Below, piece by piece: positions 50,226 through 59,900 of a DNA stretch of 64,000 bases; the stretch's first letter is position 1; every line of letters starts with the position of its first letter. This DNA is from Candidatus Krumholzibacteriia bacterium. Lineage in GTDB: Bacteria; Krumholzibacteriota; Krumholzibacteriia; Krumholzibacteriales; Krumholzibacteriaceae. The notes under the pieces are model-generated. The model did no database searches and had not been told where the DNA came from. It worked only from the letters and a program-made list of their open reading frames with translations. Location of the stretch: the NCBI GenBank assembly GCA_963836185.1, contig CAWIIQ010000001.1, forward strand, positions 896,001-960,000, written 5' to 3'. The position numbers and the translations under genes are program-made.

Positions 50226-52047
50226 TTAATCTGCCTTTCTCACAAGACGCATCCCATGATAAGGCCCTCCGCTCCAGGGGCGGATAGCGGAGCGATGGTT
50301 TCTGGCATAGCCGCTCGCGTAAGCGCGAAAGACATAGTAGGTGCCTGTAGCGGGCCCTGTGGGATCGATATCGGGGCTCTCGAAGGTCCCCGTTCCATAC
50401 GGGCCGTAACGGTCCCAGACATGTTCACCGGCATTACCATGCATGTCGTACAGCCCCCAGTCGTTGGGGATCTTCGTACGGGTCTCGTAATTCGGGTGCG
50501 GATCGTTCCCGCAGTAACGGGCGATCAGATCGAGTACCGGATCGTCGCACAGTTCGTTCGTGATCTCACCGTTGGCGAATGCGGTCGTGCTGCCCGCCCT
50601 GCAGGCGTACTCCCACTCCGCTTCCGTAGGCATGCGGTATCCATTGGCGTTCCAGTCGCATGTCACCTCGTCACCGTCGGGATCTGTTCCGATGATCGTA
50701 TAGCAGGGGGTACAATCCTTCCGCTGTGGACAGCGCATTGCAGAACTCGAACCAGTCCATGCGGCCTTTATTGTATACCGCACGGTTTTCATACCCTTCA
50801 CTATATGCGTGCTCCGGAACGACTGACTGATACTGGGAGTGGGTGATCTCGTTCACGCACATATGGAAGGAACTGACCTGCACCCAGTGCTGGGTCTCGT
50901 CGTCCCTGCGGCCCAACTCGCGCCACCGGGCTTCCCATCTCGAACTTGCCGCCAGCGATAAGGACCATCTCGGGGGTCCATTCCTGGGTGTAGTTCCCTG
51001 TAAAGGTCTGATTGGGGGTCCCGTCCAGGGTCATCGTCTCCGTTGCAGGATCAGGAAGGTTCCATCCGGAAACCGCGCCCCAGGTGATCGTATACTCTCC
51101 CCATGGCCTGTCGACATAAGTACGGTCACCGGAACGATCGGCGGTCCATCCATCCGGGCCGTCGATGTGCCACGGCGCGTCGATCGCGTCGGGATTGGCA
51201 TCGATATACAGGTCCGAAACCTGGGCCGCGTAAGATCCCATAGAAGGTTATGATTCCGCCTTCGGTTAATGTCTTGCTATCCGGCGAGGGCGTGTTATAT
51301 CCAGATACCTCACCCCAGGTCACCGTGTACTCGCCGACGGCCATGTCGAGCAGTTCCTCGTATCCCGTCCCGTCGTGGCTGTAGCCGGCCGGGCCGTCGA
51401 GGTGCCATGGAGCATCGGTGGCGTTCTGCGGCTGGACGCGGACAGTCCCGGTGCTCGCAGTCTGTTCGGTGTAAGTCCCGTTGAAGGTCACCGTGCCCCC
51501 GTCGGTTAGGGCGAGCATCTCGGTGGCCGGATCGGGAAGATCCCATCCCGTAACGGCCTCCCAGGTTATCGTGTACGAACCCGGAGTAAGGCCGGGAATC
51601 GTCTCGTCGCCTGTGCCGCTGTGGCTGTAGCTGCTCGGGCCGGTCAATGTCCATGGAGCGTCGATCGTATTCGGCTCGGGATTGACCGTGATCGAGCCTT
51701 CCTGCAGTACGTAGGTGCCGGTAAAGGTGGTCGTATCGGCCGGCCGTCACAGTTTTCATCTCTGACAATGGACTCGGGCTGTTCCACCCGGACATCGCTG
51801 TCCAGGTGAGCGTGTAGTCGCCGGGCTCGAGGTCCTCAAGTGTCTCGTCGCCCGTTCCGTTATGAAGGTAACTGTCAGGTCCCGTCAGCTGCCATGTGCA
51901 GCTCAGGGTGTTCGGGCTCCTGTCGACGACGACCGTTCCCGTGGTTTCAGGTTCGGGATCGGGCGCCGCCGGATCGTCTTCTCCACAGCCGATGGCTGAA
52001 ACACAGATCAGCGCAAGGACCATGAAGATGGAAGTAAATCTGGTCAT
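50226..52047 (-). CDS. Lipoprotein with four ~80-aa beta repeats and a C-terminal FGE-sulfatase (SUMF1) domain; several frameshifts
   Basis: Lipobox AIGC; repeats W..GP..Y...G.GD....G.YT.TW....GW..P.P; F.MGS, RMPTEAEWEYACRAG, PNDWGLYDMHGN. Confidence 0.8.
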
Positions 52048-52148
52048 TTACTACCCCCCCGCAATAAATGAAATGAGTGTTTGAAAGGAAAGCGTTGCTT
52101 CCTTTCGCCGCTTGTCCTGATTTTAGTTGAGACCGGCCGGTACGTAAG

Positions 52149-52216
52149 CCGCATGACTATGCGGTTTCAGAGTGAAAAAGAGAGTATAGGGGGGATACCC
52201 CCGCATATTTATGCGG
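52149..52216. promoter_or_regulatory. Two palindromic boxes CCGCAT-N4-ATGCGG
   Basis: CCGCATgactATGCGG at 52149-52164 and CCGCATatttATGCGG at 52201-52216. Confidence 0.6.
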
Positions 52217-52218
52217 GG

Positions 52219-53274
52219 TCAGATAGCGCCGGCTTTCTTCATAGTACGTGCCAGCCACTTCGTGTATCTGGTCGCGCCTTCACCGGTCATGTGACCGTAA
52301 TCCATGAAGAAACCGTTTTCCCCTTCACCGATATTGCCTGGAGTCTCGGCTATGAAAGAGTGGACGCCGTTTCCGTTCAGCGATCTGGCGAAAGAGAGGA
52401 AGCGTCCATACCCGTCCGGGTAGTTCTTCCTGAGAATTCTGACGAATTCCCGTGAGGCGGGGGGTATGATTACAACCACGGTAATGTCATTTGCCTTGCA
52501 GAGATCTATAAGGCGGTGGACGGCTGTTTCCATGAATACCGAGTACTCGAAGTCGTTCATGTGTCTTTTAGCGACGGTAGCCGGCTTGAAATAATCGCGC
52601 TTATACCTTTCCTTCATTCTTCTGCTGATCTTGAACGCGGCCCATCTGGCGTCCATCGGTTTGAACGTGGCTTTTTCTGATTCTACGGTCATGCGCAGGG
52701 TCACCGCAGACTCGAAGTCCATGCGTTCGCGGTGCACGGGCCACAGGTCCTTAGCCATCTCGAAAGCGAAGAAGTTACCGTTCAGAGCCGTTCTTTCACT
52801 CCAGGAAGAGAAGATATTGAGGTTGTTTCCGCGCCTGAACCTCGTCGGACAGTTGTCGTTGAACTGGTAGACCTGCATGTCGAAGATCAACAGATCGATA
52901 TCGTCGAGAAGATCTTCCCTGATGTTGAAAAGCTTCAGGATCTCCCATGGGGTCGTCCCTGAGAGAGCCGCTTTCCCGACATCGCAGCCCGAAAGCTTCG
53001 AAAGTGTCTTCTGGTCAAGACAGAGCCCGAGGCGCGATGACCCGCTGGCAAAGTATACAGGCCTGTCTCCGGCAAATGATTTTCCCGCCACCTCGAAAAA
53101 GTTGCCAAACTCATTCTTGATCCAGCCGTCGGTAGCCCTGACCATCGCAGGCCCTGTAAAGAGCAGGACGATCCTGAAGGCCGCCATGACTGCCAGTGCT
53201 ATCCAGAAAGACGGCACCGGCCTGGGAAAGCCGGTCAGCGTCTTAAAACTGAAAATAGATGAAGGGCTGCGCAT
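52219..53274 (-). CDS. MBOAT-associated SGNH/DltD-like protein
   Basis: N-terminal TM; GSSR and DYGHMT..GA motifs; directly downstream of the MBOAT gene. Confidence 0.7.
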   Translation of the reverse strand: MRSPSSIFSFKTLTGFPRPVPSFWIALAVMAAFRIVLLFTGPAMVRATDGWIKNEFGNFFEVAGKSFAGDRPVYFASGSSRLGLCLDQKTLSKLSGCDVGKAALSGTTPWEILKLFNIREDLLDDIDLLIFDMQVYQFNDNCPTRFRRGNNLNIFSSWSERTALNGNFFAFEMAKDLWPVHRERMDFESAVTLRMTVESEKATFKPMDARWAAFKISRRMKERYKRDYFKPATVAKRHMNDFEYSVFMETAVHRLIDLCKANDITVVVIIPPASREFVRILRKNYPDGYGRFLSFARSLNGNGVHSFIAETPGNIGEGENGFFMDYGHMTGEGATRYTKWLARTMKKAGAI

Positions 53275-54664
53275 CAGTCGCTCCTATAAAAGACAACAGA
53301 AGTATCATTATTCCATATATCAGTCCCGAGACGGCCGCAGGCCATTTCGATGAGAACGGGACCTCGTCGTTTCTCCACCATGAGCCGAGATCGAGAAGGA
53401 AGACGATCGATCCGTAAAAAAGGACCGCCAGGATGAATATCCCGCTTTCCTTCAGTGTGAGTGATATCAGAGAGATGTAATCAAGCGCTGCTCCGAAGCT
53501 GTCGGCGCGGAAGAATATCCAGGCGAAGCAGACAAGCATAAAGGTCACGCCTGATGTCACTGCCCAGAACATGAAATCCTTCAGACTCGCCGGCCTCGGA
53601 CTCAGCCCGGCCTTTCTGCCTCGAAGGATCATCTTGTGTATCGACAGGTAAAGCCCATGCAGGCCTCCCCACGCGACGAAGTGCCAGGCGGCGCCGTGCC
53701 AGAGGCCGCCGAGGAGCATCGTGATCATGATGTTGATATATGTCCGCGTGCCGCTTTTCCTGTTCCCCCCGAGGGGGATGTAGAGGTAGTCGCGAAGCCA
53801 TGACGAAAGGGACATGTGCCATCTTCGCCAGAATTCGGTGATGTTTCTCGATAAGTACGGCTGCTTGAAATTGAGCCGCAGTTCGAAGCCGAGCATCCTT
53901 GAGATTCCCCTGGCGATGTCGGTATATCCCGAGAAGTCGCCGTAGATCTGCAGGGCGAAGAGGATTGCTCCGGCGATCAGGGAGATACCTGCGAAGCTTG
54001 CCGGATCATCGAAGCAGCGGTCGACGAGGGGGGCGACTCCGTCCGCCACGAATATCTTCTTGAAATATCCGAGGAGGACGAGACGAAGTCCCGAGTAGAT
54101 CTTGTCAGGTGTTACCTCGCGTTCTCCGGTTATCTGAGGGAGAAGGTTCTGCGAGCGTTCTATCGGTCCCGCCACGAGCTGCGGGAAGAATGAGACATAG
54201 AGGGCGAATTCCGGCAGGTCGTGCGCCGCTTTCTGTTTCCCGCGATAGACATCTATCGTGTATGCGAGGGTCTGGAACGTATAGAAGCTGATGCCGACAG
54301 GGAGGATCAGGTTCAGTGTCGGCATGTCGGCTTTCATGCCGAATTCCCCCAGCAGCCTCGCTGCCGAGTTGGCGAAGAAACCGAAATACTTGAAGACTCC
54401 GAGTATTCCGAGATTGACGATGAGGCTTATCAGCAGGTATTTCTTCCTTCCCTTTCCCGATCCGCCGTCGTGGATCTTCAGGGCGCAGAAGTAGTCGACG
54501 ATAGTAGATGTGAGCAGGAGCGAAAGGAAACGCCAGTCCCACCAGCCGTAGAAGACGTAGCTTGCGACGAGCAGGAGAAGGTTCTGATACCTGTGCTTCA
54601 GGCAGATGTACAGGAGGAAGACTGTCAGAAAAAAAACAGGGAATATATAAGAGTTAAAAAGCAT
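53243..54664 (-). CDS. MBOAT O-acyltransferase (AlgI/DltB family)
   Basis: MLFNS, LPVGISFYTFQ, FPQLVAGPIER, DFSGYTD, EFWRRWHMSLS, GLWHGA. Confidence 0.95.
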   Translation of the reverse strand: MLFNSYIFPVFFLTVFLLYICLKHRYQNLLLLVASYVFYGWWDWRFLSLLLTSTIVDYFCALKIHDGGSGKGRKKYLLISLIVNLGILGVFKYFGFFANSAARLLGEFGMKADMPTLNLILPVGISFYTFQTLAYTIDVYRGKQKAAHDLPEFALYVSFFPQLVAGPIERSQNLLPQITGEREVTPDKIYSGLRLVLLGYFKKIFVADGVAPLVDRCFDDPASFAGISLIAGAILFALQIYGDFSGYTDIARGISRMLGFELRLNFKQPYLSRNITEFWRRWHMSLSSWLRDYLYIPLGGNRKSGTRTYINIMITMLLGGLWHGAAWHFVAWGGLHGLYLSIHKMILRGRKAGLSPRPASLKDFMFWAVTSGVTFMLVCFAWIFFRADSFGAALDYISLISLTLKESGIFILAVLFYGSIVFLLDLGSWWRNDEVPFSSKWPAAVSGLIYGIMILLLSFIGATDAQPFIYFQF

Positions 54665-54821
54665 CCGGGTGCAGTTCCAATCACATAATTGCTTTTAGTA
54701 CAATTGATTGCTTGAGCACATAATGATATCATACGGCTGTGTCATGTTCAACCTGAGAAACCGCCGCACGGTAGAAGTTGATACTGCCCAGGCGTGGCGT
54801 TTCTGATATAATGGCCTGACT

Positions 54822-56033
54822 ATGAAGATCGTCGTAACAGTACCGTACACTCCCTGGCCCGTGACCCGGGGAACGGACCGGCTCATCATCAATCTGATCG
54901 AGGGGTTGTCAAAACGCCATGAGGTGACCCTTGTAACTATGACCCTTTCGAAAAACGGCCTGGAAAGGCTTGCGGAGATCGAGAAAAAGGGGATCAAGGT
55001 CAGCGCGATGGTCGCGCCTCACCGGCAGGGAGCGTCGGGGAAACTGATCCGTAAGGTGCGCAACATCATATCCGCATACTTTCGCGGTATCCCGCAGGAT
55101 GTCAGCTACAGCGCGCCGCCCGAGTTCCTCCGTCTTATCGCCGATACCGCCGAGGAGGAGTCGGCTGATATCGTCCTTGCCTCTTACTGGCACATGTACA
55201 GGCTCTCCGATTATGTCAGCGATTCGAAGCTCGCCCTAGTCACCCATGACATGGAATACATCGTCAACCGCGACAGGCTGAAGCTTGCGAGCACGGGGGA
55301 CAGCCGGATAAAGAGCGAGAAGGAGGCAGCGAGGCTCGAGCGGATAGAGACCGAGGCCTACCGGAGATTCGACACGATACTGACGGTGACCGCCTCGGAT
55401 GCCGGAGTGCTGAAAGGTATCGCGGCATATGAAGACAAGAAGATACTGCCCCTTCCTCTCGCGCTCGATCTTTCCGTTTTTTCACCTGGAGCCTTTGAAA
55501 GAGAATCGGACAGGATCCTCTTCCTCGGATCGTTCCACTCCGATTTCAACAGGGACGCCTTTCGATATTTTACCTCGGATGTCTTCCCCCTGATCCGACG
55601 GGAGGTGCCGGGGGCGGTGCTCGAAGTAGTCGGGCACGGCGTGGACGACAGACTGAGGAACGAAGCGGGGGAGGGTGTCGAGTTTACCGGAGGAGTGGAG
55701 GATATCGTTCCATACCTCGGACGATCTTCCCTGATGGTGCTGCCTCTGAGGTTCAGCGGCGGGGTACGCATCAGGATGATGGAAGCGGCAGCGATGGGAA
55801 CCGCCGTGGTGAGCACGCCGGCAGGAGTAGCTGGAATGGGACTTGAAGCGGGCAGTGATTACCTCGAAGCTCCCGACGCGAAATCGATGGCCGATTCGGT
55901 CGTCTCCCTGCTTCGAAACAGGGATGAAGCGGCAAGGATAGGCGGGAACGCACGCCGGTGGGCCGAGCGCAGCATCTCCATGGAAAACTACCCCGACCGT
56001 CTCGATGCGATGTTCGCAATGCTGCGTGACTGA
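54822..56033 (+). CDS. Glycosyltransferase family 4
   Basis: P.P..G near the N-terminus, FLGSF..N, FTG.V.D, PLRF.GG...MEAAAMG.AVVST. Confidence 0.88.
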   Translation: MKIVVTVPYTPWPVTRGTDRLIINLIEGLSKRHEVTLVTMTLSKNGLERLAEIEKKGIKVSAMVAPHRQGASGKLIRKVRNIISAYFRGIPQDVSYSAPPEFLRLIADTAEEESADIVLASYWHMYRLSDYVSDSKLALVTHDMEYIVNRDRLKLASTGDSRIKSEKEAARLERIETEAYRRFDTILTVTASDAGVLKGIAAYEDKKILPLPLALDLSVFSPGAFERESDRILFLGSFHSDFNRDAFRYFTSDVFPLIRREVPGAVLEVVGHGVDDRLRNEAGEGVEFTGGVEDIVPYLGRSSLMVLPLRFSGGVRIRMMEAAAMGTAVVSTPAGVAGMGLEAGSDYLEAPDAKSMADSVVSLLRNRDEAARIGGNARRWAERSISMENYPDRLDAMFAMLRD

Positions 56034-56427
56034 TCCGGCCCTCCGCACAACCCCTCTTAATTTCATGTATCCCAACAAGAAACAGTGTTAATTCCTGAGC
56101 ATAACTCTCTGTAAAATATAGTTTACACTCATCTTCCGCTGTGATACAATTAGCGGGTATCCATATATAAGCGGGGAACATAAATAAACCTTCATCGGTA
56201 AGGCGTACTACTATTCGGTCATCCGGGGGGAGGGCTTTTTCGGCTATGTGCTGCAGGGTCCGTGCATCTCTGTCCTTATCCTATCCTGTCCATATTCTAT
56301 ACGTACGTCCGAAACCGCTTCGTTGAGGGATCAGAGCGGGCAGCGCCGCCGTCCGGCCGCGTGCCCCTGTTAATAGAAGACAGCCGTCGTTGCGGCGGCT
56401 GAACGAACCACCCGGGGAGGGAAGGTT

Positions 56428-56970
56428 ATGAAGAGAGCGGCTTCAATCCTCCGGGTTTCGATACCTGTTCTGATGCTCCTGACAACCTTGGCTCAGGCGA
56501 CCCAGATCATCTACCGAAGCCCGCAGCAGATGGGCGAGGAATCAGCCCTTGTCGTTTCAGGAAGGGTGACCGGCGTCCGGTCATACTGGAACGACAGCAA
56601 CACCAAGATATTTACGGAGACGAGTGTCGCGATCGACCAGTCGTACAAGGGGGGCGCTGGCGGGACCGTCAACGTCGTCCAGCTCGGCGGGATCGTCGGC
56701 CACGTGCAGATGAAGGTCGAAGGAGCTCTTGCCTGGAACACGGGCGAGGAGGTCCTCCTCTTCCTCGAGCCCTTCAACGGCGACAGGTACATGGTCTACG
56801 GGCTTTCCCAGGGCAGGTACGAGATCGAGCGCGACGACAGGGGCCGTCCCTTCGTCAGCCGCGGCGCCTTCGAGGGTGTCGAGATGCTCGAAGCCCCTGA
56901 AGACAGGTCTCCCGAAACGGAAAAAGTCCCTCTGGGAACATTCATCGACAAGGCCCTCGGTGGCCGGTAG
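56428..56970 (+). CDS. Secreted hypothetical protein preceding the giant protease gene
   Basis: Signal peptide; VVSGRV..V.S.W, I.T, GG.VG, GEEVLLFL, GLSQG. Confidence 0.75.
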   Translation: MKRAASILRVSIPVLMLLTTLAQATQIIYRSPQQMGEESALVVSGRVTGVRSYWNDSNTKIFTETSVAIDQSYKGGAGGTVNVVQLGGIVGHVQMKVEGALAWNTGEEVLLFLEPFNGDRYMVYGLSQGRYEIERDDRGRPFVSRGAFEGVEMLEAPEDRSPETEKVPLGTFIDKALGGR

Positions 56971-56985
56971 GAAAGGAGGATCGTC

Positions 56986-59900
56986 ATGAGTTACCGTAAG
57001 TATTCTTTTCTGTTTCTCGCAGTGATCCTTCTCGCCGCCGGTCTCGGCGTGCAGGGCGGGATGAGAGACTTCGTCGGCATAGCCGGCGACGCCGACGGGG
57101 ACGGGGTCCCCGATACGGCTGACGCGTGTCCCGCTGAGGACGCGTCCTTTTTCGACCGCGATGGCGACGGGTGCATCGACGACCCGGTCAGTGCGCGGCA
57201 CACCGAATTCTGGGTAGCGTCGGACCTTCCGTTCGTCTACTACATACAGGAAGACGGAGCAGCGGGTATCGGGGACGGCAGTGATTTTACCGCGATACAG
57301 AACGGCATGGACGCCTGGGGCGCCATTCCCGATGTCGACTTCTCCGTGTCATACGGCGGGACGACCGCCCAGGAGGATGCCGACGCGATCGATCTTGTAA
57401 ACATGATCACCTTCAGGGACGACGAGTACCCGTTCCCTTCGGGCGTCCTGGCGGTCGGCATCTCTACTTCGTTTACAGTCGACTCGACGCATAACGCTGT
57501 CTATTACAGGCCGGGACAGATCATCGACGCGGACATGATCTTCAATCCGTTGATGAGCCTCAGTACCCCATCGGCGGGTTCGGGCCTCGATATCCAGAGC
57601 ATCGCCACGCACGAGGCGGGGCACCTCTTCGGTATCGCCCACTCGGCAGTCAGGACATCGACGATGTTCTATGTGCTGCCTTACGGTACGACAGCCACTA
57701 CACTCGAGGCCGAGGATATTCATGCCTTCTTCAAGGCGTACGGCGATCCGACCGCTCTCGCGAACGCCAACCGTATTGAGGGAAAGGTGACCCACGGCCA
57801 GTCAGGCGAAGGCGTTCCCGGCGCGGCAGTCTTCGCTATTGACGCGGCCGGTGGAGACACCGTCGCCTGCGAGTATACTTTCCCCGACGGCAGTTACTCT
57901 TTCGTCGGCCTGGCCGATGGAAGCTATTATGTCGGGATCCATCCCCTCGATGGAACGTCGTCGATCGGATATCTCCTCCCCGCTTACATAAACGCGCTCG
58001 TCGATTCAACCGCCGAGCAGCTTTTCCTGCCCGAGTACTGGGATATTGCCGAATCGAACGGTGATAACGTGACCGACCAGGATCCGGTGGCCGTGTCGGG
58101 CGGATCGTCAGCGATCAACATCGACCTCGTCACCAACATCGATTCGACGCCTCCGACGGTCGTGTCGATCACCCCGCTTACGAGTTCGAACGGCGTTCTC
58201 ATAAACGCGGCGGTGAAGATCACCTTCGATGAGGCGATCGATTACACGACGATCTCGGGGAATTTCGTCCTGATGGACGAGGACAGCAACTTCGTCCCCG
58301 GCTCGGTCGCCGTTCTCAACGACGACTCCGTGCTGGCGTTCACACCGAGCTCGCCGTTCCAGTTCGACAAGAGGTACGACCTTACACTGGAGACCGGCCT
58401 TCAGGACAAGTTCGGCAACGGCCTGCCGGCCGATTACGAATCGGATTTTACTACCGAACCGGTGCCGCCGCTGGCGATCACAAATCTCACACCGAACAAG
58501 GGTGTAGCGGGATCGGTAGTTGTTATCAGTGGTGTTGGATTTGACTCGTGGCCCGCTGGAAACACAGTGATGTTCGGCGCCGAGCTGGCAACGATAACGG
58601 ACGCTTCGCCATACCGACTGGTCGTGACAGTGCCTTCCGGCGCTATCACAAGCGAGGTCTCGGTAAATAACGGAGTAGAGACCGTAGGTGGGCCGACGTT
58701 CACGATCCTCTCCCAGGATGAGATAGCCCGCGGATTCCAGACCGGCGTCACGGAGCTGGAAGCATCGCCGCGTTCTATAGAGGTCACCTCGAACGGTGGC
58801 TAGGTCTATGTCGCGACCGATGTCGGAGCGGCAGCAGTCGCTGCGGATCCCGGGCCTCGATGATTATCTCGACGTCATCCCTATTGGAATACCGGGAGGA
58901 CTGGATGATATCGATCTCAGCTCCCGATGGTTCCTCGGCCTACGGCGTCAGCACTGCGAACGAGAAGATCTACGTGATCGATACCGATCCGGCTCATGTC
59001 GGACTCTTCAATACAGTGGTCTATGAGCTCGACATGGATGCCGGGCCGCTGGGGATAGCTATAGATCCCGGTGGAGAGAAGGCGTATATCCCGACCGACG
59101 AGGATGAGATCCAGGTCTGGGATATCCATCCGTGACAGCGAGACGCTCAACGAGCAGATAGGCGTGATCATCCCCGATGAGACCTCGCTGAGAGGAAAGA
59201 TGTGATCGATCCTTCCGGGAGACAGACTGGTCGCGCTGACCGGCACCGGCAGGCTCCTTGCCATACGATCTCGGTCCCGATACGCTGCTCGCTTCATTCG
59301 CCGTCAATGTCGATCCGAGGGACCTCGCGATCGATCCGGCGGGTCAGAGGGCTTATGTGAGCGGCGGTGACGGGAATATGACGGTCGTATCACTGGCCGG
59401 ACTCTTCAAGGTGCAGGACATCAATACGGGCGGATCGCTCAGGGGAGCGGCCATCACGCCCGCGGGATCGTATATCTACGCGGCAAACCGCGAGCTGAAC
59501 ATTCTCGACGTGATCGATCTCAACGAGGACGCGAAGTACTTTCCGCAGCGTTGTGGCCACTGTCACGCAGGATCCCCGTCCGGTCGATATCGCACTTTCA
59601 CCGGATGGCTTCTACGCATTCTCGATGATCGAGAGCTCAGAGCAGCTCGTCGTCACAACGATCGGCCTCGGGCCGACACTGAGGAGTATGTCGCAGCGTG
59701 CCGCGATCCCCGGAACGAAAGTGGTTCTTGCAGGTGACGGGTACGGAACGGATCCTGCGGACCTGAGGGTGAGATTCTCCGGATTTGCCGGAAACTTTGT
59801 CTCCGTGCAGCCGGAACGAACGACAGGTACGGCTATTACAGTGACCGTTCCCGACTCGGCCCTGACCGGGCCGGTCGATATCGTGTACAATCCTCCTGTC

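Noticed and set aside
56200-56427. c-di-GMP-I riboswitch upstream of the secreted protein operon
   Set aside because: Only isolated hairpins (for example CAGCCGTCG..CGGCGGCTG); no GGCAAA...GAAA...GCAAAGC core
58801-58803. In-frame TAG in the giant protease gene, with sensible sequence continuing in frame (SNGG*VYVATD): possible pyrrolysine or recoding
   Set aside because: It lies at the start of an error-dense stretch and is one base from TGG or TAC. TAG is used as a normal stop elsewhere in the window, and no pyl genes are visible.
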